From: an uncultured virus (IMG/VR IMGVR_UViG_3300025697_003303)
Lineage: Duplodnaviria > Heunggongvirae > Uroviricota > Caudoviricetes
DNA: 64,000 nt
Reading direction: 5' to 3' (one strand)
IMG/VR virus record: IMGVR_UViG_3300025697_003303
Each line of letters opens with the position of its first letter. Within the stretch, counting starts at the first letter, position 1. Made by a program: the position numbers and the translations under genes. Below the pieces are notes generated by a model that saw only the letters and a program-made list of their open reading frames with translations, did no database searches and was not told the DNA's origin. Positions 39,075 to 47,510 of the stretch are shown one piece after another.

Positions 39075-40512
39075 CGAGGAGTGTCACAATTTTATCTTTT
39101 ACTTTAATATCCTTCATTTTCTTCCATTCTTTTTTATTTTTATTTAAAACCAAAAATTTGTGGTCTTCAGAAACTTTAATTGTCGAGCCATCCGACAAAG
39201 TAATTTTATATACTTTTTTACTGTTAACTTTTCTTCGTATAATCGCTTTCAGTTTTGAACTAACAACCTTATCTTCTTCTACATCGAATGATGGGATCTC
39301 AATAGGATTATCCAATATAGCTATTGATGTTTTGTCAGAAATGTCAAACTTATTGTTAATTTGATCAAATGCTTTTCCTGCAACTATAGTGCCAGAATGT
39401 GTTTTTATCTTTGTTTCATAAGATACACACGGAGCCAACTCCTCACTTAAACGACAAGCTTCTCTAGCTTGCTCTTCTGATTCTCCAACGTGAGAACGGA
39501 ATAGAGTTCCAAAATCAAGTTTTAAAAGAGGAATGCCATAAAAATTTGCAATAGCTTTGGCTGTCAAGCTCTTACCTCCCCCTGGAATTCCGCAAATTAA
39601 TGCTCCCTTCAATGCAGGAAGACCAAATTCTTTTGCTTTAGGATCAAATACCTCTTTTCTACGTTCTAACCATGAACGCATATTAACAAGACCACCAACA
39701 TCATCCATCGTCAAATTCGGCTCATAAAACTCCAAAGTTCCACGTTGACGAATATACTGTTTCTTTTCGCCTAAAATAGCGTTAGTGTCAAACCCTCTAT
39801 GAACAACAACTGACTTAGACAAAGCCTTTTGAGCTTCAGTCAGAGTCAACCCATTAACAGAACCAACAATCTCGTGTTCATTGTCTTTGAACTGTTTCGT
39901 CAAATCTTTTTCTAATTTAACAGATTCCTTACCAACAGCAGTAAGTAAAGATTTAACAGTCCCCTTGATTTCACTCTTATTAGGATACGGAAAATCTAGA
40001 ACGCTGAAAAGATTATTTAAACCAGGTGGGATTGACAGAGAGTGACCAGTAATAACAATCATGGTCATAGAATCAATTTGAGCAAAAGTTTTGATCCTAC
40101 GCTCTGTCTCTGGATTATCAAGAAAATTATAAAAATCCAACATCAGATATATCTTACCATTAATTTGTTGAGCCTCATACCCGCCTTTCTTAGAGGCATC
40201 CGCTTTCGCGTCTTGTATAATATAGTGCAAAGCATTATCTGGATCAAGGACTTCATCTGAGACTGCCTTATCTATTTCTCCCGTCAATAGATCAGACATC
40301 CCAGTATAACAATCCCAAGTTGAAGCTCTGAAACCTCTCGACACAACAAGATGCTTAAAGTAATTCAACATTCGCTTCTCTTCTCGACATGTAAGAAAAA
40401 CGACTGGAGCACGGATCTTCATCAAAGCAACAAGCTCATCGGTAAACTCTGGAGTCGCCATTGTCTCTATGATCTTAATGCTTTCGCTAGGAGTACTATC
40501 TATTTTTGCCAT
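39067..40512 (-). CDS. N-terminal half of AAA+ ATPase (Ycf46-like) plus split-intein N-fragment (120 aa, 39070..39429)
   Basis: DVGGL..W, GIPGGGKSL, VGESE, LAP|CVSYETKI...IKVSEDHKFLV...WKKMKDIKVKDKI then stop. Confidence 0.92.
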   Translation of the reverse strand: MAKIDSTPSESIKIIETMATPEFTDELVALMKIRAPVVFLTCREEKRMLNYFKHLVVSRGFRASTWDCYTGMSDLLTGEIDKAVSDEVLDPDNALHYIIQDAKADASKKGGYEAQQINGKIYLMLDFYNFLDNPETERRIKTFAQIDSMTMIVITGHSLSIPPGLNNLFSVLDFPYPNKSEIKGTVKSLLTAVGKESVKLEKDLTKQFKDNEHEIVGSVNGLTLTEAQKALSKSVVVHRGFDTNAILGEKKQYIRQRGTLEFYEPNLTMDDVGGLVNMRSWLERRKEVFDPKAKEFGLPALKGALICGIPGGGKSLTAKAIANFYGIPLLKLDFGTLFRSHVGESEEQAREACRLSEELAPCVSYETKIKTHSGTIVAGKAFDQINNKFDISDKTSIAILDNPIEIPSFDVEEDKVVSSKLKAIIRRKVNSKKVYKITLSDGSTIKVSEDHKFLVLNKNKKEWKKMKDIKVKDKIVTLLDV

Positions 40513-40575
40513 GATAAACCTTTCTTCTTCAATATTCGAAATTAATTCTTCATCAGCTAAATCTTAACATAAAAT

Positions 40576-41085
40576 TTATGCACTTTTTGGAGATAGAACT
40601 ACAATAATTGAACCTCCAGCAACTTTAGGAGGACTCCATGTAGCAATCTCATCAAACTCTGAGATATTCTCATTACATCTTTTTAGTGCCTCTTGCATAT
40701 CTCTTTTTTGTCTTCCTCTAACAGAGAATATATATTTGACTTTATTCTTCTTCCCAATAAACTTTTTAATTTGTCTATGTTTGGTCTGTAGATCATGAAC
40801 ATCTATACCTAACCCATTACGAAGATGGACTTCTTTAGTGACAGTTTGTTTCTTCTTTGGTTTCTTTTTGTTTTCTTCGTACCGTACCTTACCATAGTCC
40901 ATTATTTTGCATATCGGAGGTTTATCTTTATCCTGCGATATAAGAACGAGATCCAACCCAGCTTCATGAGAACAGCTTAATGCTTCAAACCTAGAGACTA
41001 CGCCTCTACTGTCTCCGTTCTCTAAAATCAAAAATATTTGTTTGCTTTTGATTCTTTCATTCGTTATTTTTCTATCTTTGCTAAT
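40576..41085 (-). CDS. infC: Translation initiation factor IF-3, ATT start
   Basis: AGGAGA-5nt-ATT then SKDRKITNERIK...AGLDLVLI..PPICKIMDYGK.RYE..KEV...HDL.TK..KVK..RGRQ. Confidence 0.9.
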   Translation of the reverse strand: MSKDRKITNERIKSKQIFLILENGDSRGVVSRFEALSCSHEAGLDLVLISQDKDKPPICKIMDYGKVRYEENKKKPKKKQTVTKEVHLRNGLGIDVHDLQTKHRQIKKFIGKKNKVKYIFSVRGRQKRDMQEALKRCNENISEFDEIATWSPPKVAGGSIIVVLSPKSA

Positions 41086-41947
41086 CTTTTTCTCCTAAAT
41101 CACACCAATCTTCTTTTGTAAACGTTAACTTTAAATCTACTTCTATATTAAACTTTTTAAGAACTATATCACAATCCTTAATCACAAAAGAATCGGGATA
41201 CGGGTTTAATGACTCTGTTTTATCAATAATACTTTGATAATTACCTCTTAAATGGAAGGAACTAAATGCTCCCATAATATGCAAATTGGCATGTTCAATT
41301 GAATAATTCTTACATATGACTAACCAATTAAGAGAGATAAGTAAACCATATTCTAAAATTAGATTCTCTCCACCGGCTAAATAGTATTGCTCTATTCTTT
41401 TTTTAGATATTTCTTTTCGTTCTTGATCTGTGCTCACAATTTTATGTTTGTTTTTCTCATTCATAAAATTATTAAAACTTACATTGTAATCATATTTTTC
41501 AACGAAAGCTTTAATAGGTCTATCATCTTTTAAATACCAAAGAGTAAAATTGCCTTTTTTCTTCCAATAGTACATGCCCCACTCTTTAATGAAAAAGTCT
41601 ACATAATCTCTAAGTACAATATTGTCACAGAATCCAAGTATTTCAGCAACACTATCAAATATTCTCCCAAAAAACAATATCATTGAGACTTTGCCACAGG
41701 TCCATTCCTCATCTATATTTTTCCTAAATTGTTGAATAAAATAGATAGTAAAATCGGAATTCTTCCATTCCGACAAATCATCTCTAACCTTCCAGCTAAG
41801 ACTATTTTTAATATCAGATATTGCTATACTTCTTACTGAAGTTGTGTTCCCATAAATCTCAACAGGTTTTTCTTTCCCCTTGGGCTTTAAATTCTGTTTT
41901 TCTCCCCCTACTATACCCATAAGCATATCTTTTGTTTTCTTATTCAT
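41081..41947 (-). CDS. Hypothetical protein
   Basis: 288-aa ORF with ATGA overlap. Confidence 0.7.
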   Translation of the reverse strand: MNKKTKDMLMGIVGGEKQNLKPKGKEKPVEIYGNTTSVRSIAISDIKNSLSWKVRDDLSEWKNSDFTIYFIQQFRKNIDEEWTCGKVSMILFFGRIFDSVAEILGFCDNIVLRDYVDFFIKEWGMYYWKKKGNFTLWYLKDDRPIKAFVEKYDYNVSFNNFMNEKNKHKIVSTDQERKEISKKRIEQYYLAGGENLILEYGLLISLNWLVICKNYSIEHANLHIMGAFSSFHLRGNYQSIIDKTESLNPYPDSFVIKDCDIVLKKFNIEVDLKLTFTKEDWCDLGEKD

Positions 41948-43047
41948 TGTGCAAAAATGACATATTCAATAGCTTTTCTATTCTCTTCAGAACGAGAATT
42001 ATATTCATAATCAATTGCTTCTACTTCTACGTCGCTTCTTACTTCAGATACGATCCTCTTTATGTTATCGATATCAGTCCAGCTAGAATCATTATAACTT
42101 ATAACAAGACACGAAATATCAGATAAAGATTTTAAAACAGAAATAAAATGTTCTTCATAATTCTTTTTCTTTGCGAATTTTTTCATAGAAGAGGATATAT
42201 CCCACTTGTCCATCGTTTGCTGACGAGCATAAGATTCGAAAAAATTAAACATAAGACCATAGTCGCTTTGCTGCCCTCCATATGGAGGATCGATATAAGC
42301 CAAGTCAATTTTCTCTTCCCTATACTCTTTAGAGTTAAGAAAATCAATTGCATCAAGACAGAAAGCCTTATTCCCCTCTACGCATTTTAACGAATCATCT
42401 CCCACAAATGAATACCAATGAATACTATTAAAAGACATAGGATAACCGCCATTTCGTTGATGACCAATCCTATGATCTAATTTCGCTAGAATTTGACCAC
42501 TATTAAGCCTACCTCCCAGATAACAATGTTTACTAATATAAATTTGGATATTAGCAAACGCCAATGCCTTCTCATAATCATTATCTAAATCATCAATATT
42601 AGCACGATAATTATCCAAAAACTCAGCTTCATCTGGTGTAAATCTCTCTTTATATTCTTTTCTAACAAATTCAATCTTACTATCATTATCATTCTTTAAC
42701 AAATAATCTTTTTGTTCTTGAGATAAAACAACAGAATTGTTGGCAACAAAAGCGTTGGCATAAAAATAAGAGCTTAACAGTATATCATTTGTTATTACCC
42801 TTTTCCCCATATATTTCATGACGAGAGAAACGCAGGCACTACCGCTGAATAAATCTAAAGCTGATTCATACTTAATGTTTCTTTGCTCGATTGATTCTAA
42901 TATTTTAGATACGATTTTCCTTTTATTTCCGGCATAAGGATTGTGCAAACCTTTTACTCTACCTTCAACATATTTGACTTTAGAGCTAAAAGTTTCTTCG
43001 CATTCCCCTGTCTCGAAATTTATATGTACTGGCGTATGTGCTCTCAT
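41944..43047 (-). CDS. DNA adenine methyltransferase (alpha class)
   Basis: PYAGNK, LDLFSGS, ITND, YIDPPY, ISYN. Confidence 0.9.
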   Translation of the reverse strand: MRAHTPVHINFETGECEETFSSKVKYVEGRVKGLHNPYAGNKRKIVSKILESIEQRNIKYESALDLFSGSACVSLVMKYMGKRVITNDILLSSYFYANAFVANNSVVLSQEQKDYLLKNDNDSKIEFVRKEYKERFTPDEAEFLDNYRANIDDLDNDYEKALAFANIQIYISKHCYLGGRLNSGQILAKLDHRIGHQRNGGYPMSFNSIHWYSFVGDDSLKCVEGNKAFCLDAIDFLNSKEYREEKIDLAYIDPPYGGQQSDYGLMFNFFESYARQQTMDKWDISSSMKKFAKKKNYEEHFISVLKSLSDISCLVISYNDSSWTDIDNIKRIVSEVRSDVEVEAIDYEYNSRSEENRKAIEYVIFAQ

Positions 43048-46000
43048 TTTATTTTCAGTTCATCAATATTAAATTCTGGTTCTGTTTGATATATACTTTT
43101 TCTTGCTCTGCTATGAGCAAACATATATTTACAATTGTCCATAAAATCTATAACTGTTGCTTCTTTTTTTCCAGGAAAGGTTCTTAAAATACGACCTACA
43201 CGTTGCAAAGCACGAGTTTTGGATTTGCCAGATCCCGCTAAAATTAAAGTATCTAATGGTCGGACGTTTATTCCTTCATCGAAAATAGTCGATGCGATTG
43301 TGACGGATGCTTTTCGTTCTCTTATCTCATCAAGGCGTTTTTTTCTTACCTTTGACGAATGAGATCCATGTATAAAAACGCTATCTGGTATTAAACTTTC
43401 TAGTATTTTACCATGCTTAATTTGTTTGCATAGAATAAGAACAACCCTATCATTTTCCATCATTTGTTTTGCGACTTTAGCAATAATATTATTCCTTATT
43501 GTATTGTTTACTATACCCTCTTTATAAGCAGTTGCATATGTCCCAAATTTCTTGCCTCTCATATTTGACATGGGGATAAAATATATATCTGGTTTAATAA
43601 GATAATTTTCTTTAATTAATTGTGATGCAGTAATATTACAAACTTTTTTCCCAAAACAAGCTTCAATCAAGATATCATCACCTTGGTCCCGGTAAGGCGT
43701 GGCGGAATTGTGAACTAGCACACCGTTAGCAACAAAAGAATGATGCCCTACCATTTCTAAGTCATACACGTATCCATCAGAAGGAATCTCTTTTATCTCC
43801 AACACCTTTTTTTCTATGCAATTAATTGGGAATTTTTTAACATTTCCTTTGCGTTTACTATTTATCCCATCTAGAGCATTGTCAGAAAATATAATTTGGA
43901 AAGAATCTCTCCTACCAATAATTCTTCTTCCATCTATTATCCCTCCTAAAGCTTTTTTTCTTTTGCTAACAGTATACGAAACATTTAAACTTCTTAATAG
44001 AGTCTTAATATCATCTACCATACCAGTAGAAGTACTTGTTATTCTAACATATCTACGATTACGTTTTATATCTCTTTCTCTTTTTTTTCTGATACCATCA
44101 GAATCTATCAATCCCTCTAATAACATTCTTCTACTTTCTTCATCTCCAAATAATAGTTCTTTAGGAATTCTTTTATCATAGCAACGGTATTCGCCAACAA
44201 TTTTTTTCAAGAAAGTTACTAATGGGAAACACGATATGCTAACCTCAAAAGAAGCCCCTTTCATCTTTTTGCATTTTGGATGAATTACTAAACCCTCTAT
44301 AGATTGCAATTTATTCAAAAATGTATCCAAAAAAGATTCTTCAACAGCAAATCTAATTCTGCTCCCATCAAACCATCCATCCCCTAAAAAGAATCCAATA
44401 ATATATGAAAAATTATTTAAAGACACAGAGGTAGAAAGACCAACTCCATTTGCTCCTTCTGTGTATATCCACTTCGGAGTTATACCATGTTTTTGAAAAA
44501 CTTCTAAATTATCCCTATATTGACTTAGATATAAAGATCCACCATATTTTTTTGACATTACTCCACGACGACATAATTGTGAATAAGAATGTTTATTCAA
44601 TCCTATTTCTGACAAAGGTATTCCCTTGAGATTAATACCAACCCTAAATTTATTTGAGGGTAAAGAACTAAGAATGTCTATTGACTCTGCCTTGTCTGAA
44701 TATCCAGCCCCATTATCTAATAATAATGTATCTCCGACTTCCAAATCTGAAGTTAAACATTGAATAATTTCGCCACTATCTGTAATTTTGAATATAGAAT
44801 GATCCTCTGTTAACTTAATGTTGTCTTTTCCAGCAAATCTGACCATATATGATGTAGATGTGTTTTTGTGTCTTATTATTCTTCGAACACCCTTCCAACG
44901 AAAACTCTCTTTTTCCCAACCTCTAGATTCGGCTCCTGATAAATCTATCACATCATAACCACCATCACACCTGAGAGAGTAATTCCCTAAAGACGCTCTC
45001 TTCCAAGCTTCTTCTATAGTAATGTTTTCTCCTCTCTCAAAAAACATATCTCCTTTTATTTCTATTTTTGTATCGCTAAAAACCGACATCCCATAACGAT
45101 ATCTACAACCCAATGACATATCTGAAATGACCTGGCACGAGTCCGACCGGACGTGCTGGCAATTATGAACCAAAATATCATTTGCAAAAAAGCAATGTGT
45201 TTCTTTAACGGTGATATCGTATACATCTTCTGAAGCTACTTCTTTTATGCTAACTATTTTTTGATATTTTGTATTGCATGCATGGAGGGATGTATTTTTT
45301 GACAGCTTTAAAAACCTCTCTTCTTGTTTCTGACAAAATTCCAATAAAATAGTATTTTTGCTTTTCTCTGTAAATTGAAACTGGTCCGTAGTTATCTGAA
45401 AACCATTCGGAAATGATTTCATTCTCTTCCAAAGAAAATCCCTCTGTGTGTAATCTAAGTTGCGAAGAGTTGCTTCCATCATCGCAGATCCACCATGCAA
45501 GTCCAATGGCCCCAATGGAATCGAGCCATTCCCTAGTAACGCACTTTCTTTTGGAGCCATTATGAGTGATTTCATAAATTTTGAGCAAAGATGGATGACT
45601 TCTAGTGTGGTAATGTATAAGCCAGTCTCCATAGCCTTTATTTTCAACTTTTTTAAGATATGGATAAAATCTGTGCAAAAAAGACATTTTATGTTCAACC
45701 CAATCTCTTTGATCCAAGCAATGATTCCCGCAAAGTCTTGATGAATCTCCAAGCAAAGTTCCAAGAATAGACTGTTTTTCGAGTTTATTAAGTCAGATAT
45801 CCCAATTGGGAGGTCTCTTATCATGCTGTTGGCAAAATTGACTGTAGCCCCTCTCCCCTTTTCTTTGAATAAATATCTCAAGAGTTGTTGCTCTAGGCTT
45901 AACTCTCTCTCCGCATCCGCACAAGCAAAACGGGGCATTCCTGACAATATTCTTATATATCTTTTTCCATTCCTGATCTGTTCTTTTTTTAACTTGGTGT

Positions 46001-47138
46001 CCAAGTATATATCTTTGCCTTGAACATCCTGATAAAACTTGTCCGCAGCCGCACTCACAAGTCCTAATATCTTGTCTTTTTTTGTTATTTTTCCGGCTTT
46101 TTTCCACCCTGAGTCCGTCATCAACGGATGATTTTTTGTGCATTTTATCCTCCTGCATGATTCTAATTCTATTTCAATTATTTCTTTATTGCCCATTCTA
46201 AAAAAATCAGTTATTTCAGACCATATGGGCTTTTGACCATTATAACTAAGAATGAGTTTACAATTACGCGACTCTATCTCATCTATTCTTACCTTTCCTT
46301 GTTCTGTGTGAACGAGAGTATCACCAGTAACACATTCGTCCACGATCATTCCTTTTGCAGACAGTATAAGGTCTTTAATTTCTATCTTATTTTTTTCAGA
46401 AACACCTTTTTCTTTGACAATTTTTTCTTCGTCATCAAATTTTTTATACTTCATACCACATGCTCGAACAGCAGTTTGAATTGTCATAACGTTTATATCT
46501 TTTATATTACATTTACCGTCTCCGATTACACCAACGTCAAGAGATGATCCATTATAATTAATAAATCGTTCTAATTCGTCTTTTGCTTGATTTAGAAGAT
46601 CTTTAGATGTCACATAAAAAACAAATGGACTAACATTTAGTTTAGCTATAATCGAAGCTCCTATGAAGCTTTTGCCACTTCCAGTAGCCGCTTGAAGCAC
46701 TCCACGTTCTACATTGCATGCCTTATTGATGGCATCCGTTTGATAATCTCTATCCTCAAACTCTCCAGTATCCATTATGAGATTAAGAGATTTACAAACT
46801 TTTTCTCTTTTATCGTAGACTTTGCATGTCATATACTGACTCTTGAAGTAAGCTATTGCTTTACTCGCTAAACCAGTGGGGAAATGAGTTCCTTGTTTTT
46901 TTACAGCACATTTGCATTTCGCACTATTATAACAAACTGTAGTTACAAGTCCATCATATTCTTTAAGCCAAGGCTTATTTTCAATATCAGGGTCTAATTG
47001 TATTTGTTGTATACGATAAAGAGCGTCTTCTGGCATATATCCTAAAGCTCTTTTAAGACCTTGATAAACTTCAGATTTGAGCCTACCCTGCACGAACGTG
47101 ACAGTATTAGTTATGATTAAAGATATTTCGTTAGACAT
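43044..47138 (-). CDS. SF2 DEXH helicase (UvsW/XPB-like) with two inteins
   Basis: RDYQ, ATGSGKS, VDE|CQH, GM|SATPYR, STIFDEGIN, LQRVGRILR. Confidence 0.93.
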   Translation of the reverse strand: MSNEISLIITNTVTFVQGRLKSEVYQGLKRALGYMPEDALYRIQQIQLDPDIENKPWLKEYDGLVTTVCYNSAKCKCAVKKQGTHFPTGLASKAIAYFKSQYMTCKVYDKREKVCKSLNLIMDTGEFEDRDYQTDAINKACNVERGVLQAATGSGKSFIGASIIAKLNVSPFVFYVTSKDLLNQAKDELERFINYNGSSLDVGVIGDGKCNIKDINVMTIQTAVRACGMKYKKFDDEEKIVKEKGVSEKNKIEIKDLILSAKGMIVDECVTGDTLVHTEQGKVRIDEIESRNCKLILSYNGQKPIWSEITDFFRMGNKEIIEIELESCRRIKCTKNHPLMTDSGWKKAGKITKKDKILGLVSAAADKFYQDVQGKDIYLDTKLKKEQIRNGKRYIRILSGMPRFACADAERELSLEQQLLRYLFKEKGRGATVNFANSMIRDLPIGISDLINSKNSLFLELCLEIHQDFAGIIAWIKEIGLNIKCLFCTDFIHILKKLKIKAMETGLYITTLEVIHLCSKFMKSLIMAPKESALLGNGSIPLGPLDLHGGSAMMEATLRNLDYTQRDFLWKRMKSFPNGFQITTDQFQFTEKSKNTILLEFCQKQEERFLKLSKNTSLHACNTKYQKIVSIKEVASEDVYDITVKETHCFFANDILVHNCQHVRSDSCQVISDMSLGCRYRYGMSVFSDTKIEIKGDMFFERGENITIEEAWKRASLGNYSLRCDGGYDVIDLSGAESRGWEKESFRWKGVRRIIRHKNTSTSYMVRFAGKDNIKLTEDHSIFKITDSGEIIQCLTSDLEVGDTLLLDNGAGYSDKAESIDILSSLPSNKFRVGINLKGIPLSEIGLNKHSYSQLCRRGVMSKKYGGSLYLSQYRDNLEVFQKHGITPKWIYTEGANGVGLSTSVSLNNFSYIIGFFLGDGWFDGSRIRFAVEESFLDTFLNKLQSIEGLVIHPKCKKMKGASFEVSISCFPLVTFLKKIVGEYRCYDKRIPKELLFGDEESRRMLLEGLIDSDGIRKKRERDIKRNRRYVRITSTSTGMVDDIKTLLRSLNVSYTVSKRKKALGGIIDGRRIIGRRDSFQIIFSDNALDGINSKRKGNVKKFPINCIEKKVLEIKEIPSDGYVYDLEMVGHHSFVANGVLVHNSATPYRDQGDDILIEACFGKKVCNITASQLIKENYLIKPDIYFIPMSNMRGKKFGTYATAYKEGIVNNTIRNNIIAKVAKQMMENDRVVLILCKQIKHGKILESLIPDSVFIHGSHSSKVRKKRLDEIRERKASVTIASTIFDEGINVRPLDTLILAGSGKSKTRALQRVGRILRTFPGKKEATVIDFMDNCKYMFAHSRARKSIYQTEPEFNIDELKIK
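43707..45086 (-). mobile_element. Helicase intein 2 (460 aa, Ser N-terminus) in motif III, with in-frame LAGLIDADG endonuclease
   Basis: YGM|SVFSDT...LTEDHS...IIGFFLGDG...LLEGLIDSDG...VYDLEM..HHSFVANGVLVHN|SATP. Confidence 0.93.
45162..46334 (-). mobile_element. Helicase intein 1 (391 aa) in motif II, with no recognisable in-frame endonuclease
   Basis: DE|CVTGDTLV...CTKNHPL...VYDITV..THCFFANDILVHN|CQH. Confidence 0.92.
45250..46143 (-). pseudogene. Nested out-of-frame homing endonuclease gene (two CxCGCG motifs + LAGLIDADG_2) inside intein 1, interrupted by one TGA at 45793..45795
   Basis: AGGAGG (46149..46154) 5 nt before ATG 46143; CECGCG, CLCGCG, ILGTLLGDS, LAWWICDDGS, LHTEGFS. Track ORFs 45793..46158 and 45250..45756 share one frame. 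Confidence 0.85.
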
Positions 47139-47140
47139 AC

Positions 47141-47341
47141 TTATGAATTGTTTCTATTCTTGTTTTTTCTAGAGTTCTTCGGTTCCCAGAGTTTTTTAAC
47201 TTCATCTTCGCTCTCAGGGAGTTCTGGTGATTCAAACAATACATGACCTTGTTGACCTACATCTCTGCTCTTCCAGAAATTAGGGTACATATCCCAGCTT
47301 CCAGCCAGTTTAATATATTCACTTGTCTTTATTATTCTCAT
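47141..47341 (-). CDS. Small hypothetical protein
   Basis: 66-aa ORF MRIIKTSEYIKLAG... Confidence 0.6.
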   Translation of the reverse strand: MRIIKTSEYIKLAGSWDMYPNFWKSRDVGQQGHVLFESPELPESEDEVKKLWEPKNSRKNKNRNNS

Positions 47342-47498
47342 TTTCTTCTAATAGATTAACCAATTTTTCAAGGTTATCATAAACTCCTTGAAACTTTTTA
47401 TCTGCTGGAATTTCCTTTCCATCGACAAGGAGTCTTCTAGCAACATTGAATTTTTCAATTATTTTACGTAAAATTTGTGCTGTTTCTGCGTTTTCCAT
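47319..47498 (-). CDS. Small hypothetical protein (59 aa)
   Basis: GAGGAAGG RBS; MENAETAQILRKIIEKF... by manual translation. Confidence 0.6.
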   Translation of the reverse strand: MENAETAQILRKIIEKFNVARRLLVDGKEIPADKKFQGVYDNLEKLVNLLEENENNKDK

Positions 47499-47510
47499 AT
47501 TTCCTTCCTC

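Noticed and set aside
34420..43047. Restriction-modification systems around the two DNA methyltransferases
   Set aside because: No adjacent restriction endonuclease was recognised; they are treated as orphan methyltransferases.
45793..45795. Possible genome-wide TGA reassignment or selenocysteine
   Set aside because: TGA terminates many genes here, often in ATGA overlaps, and the long genes are intact under code 11.
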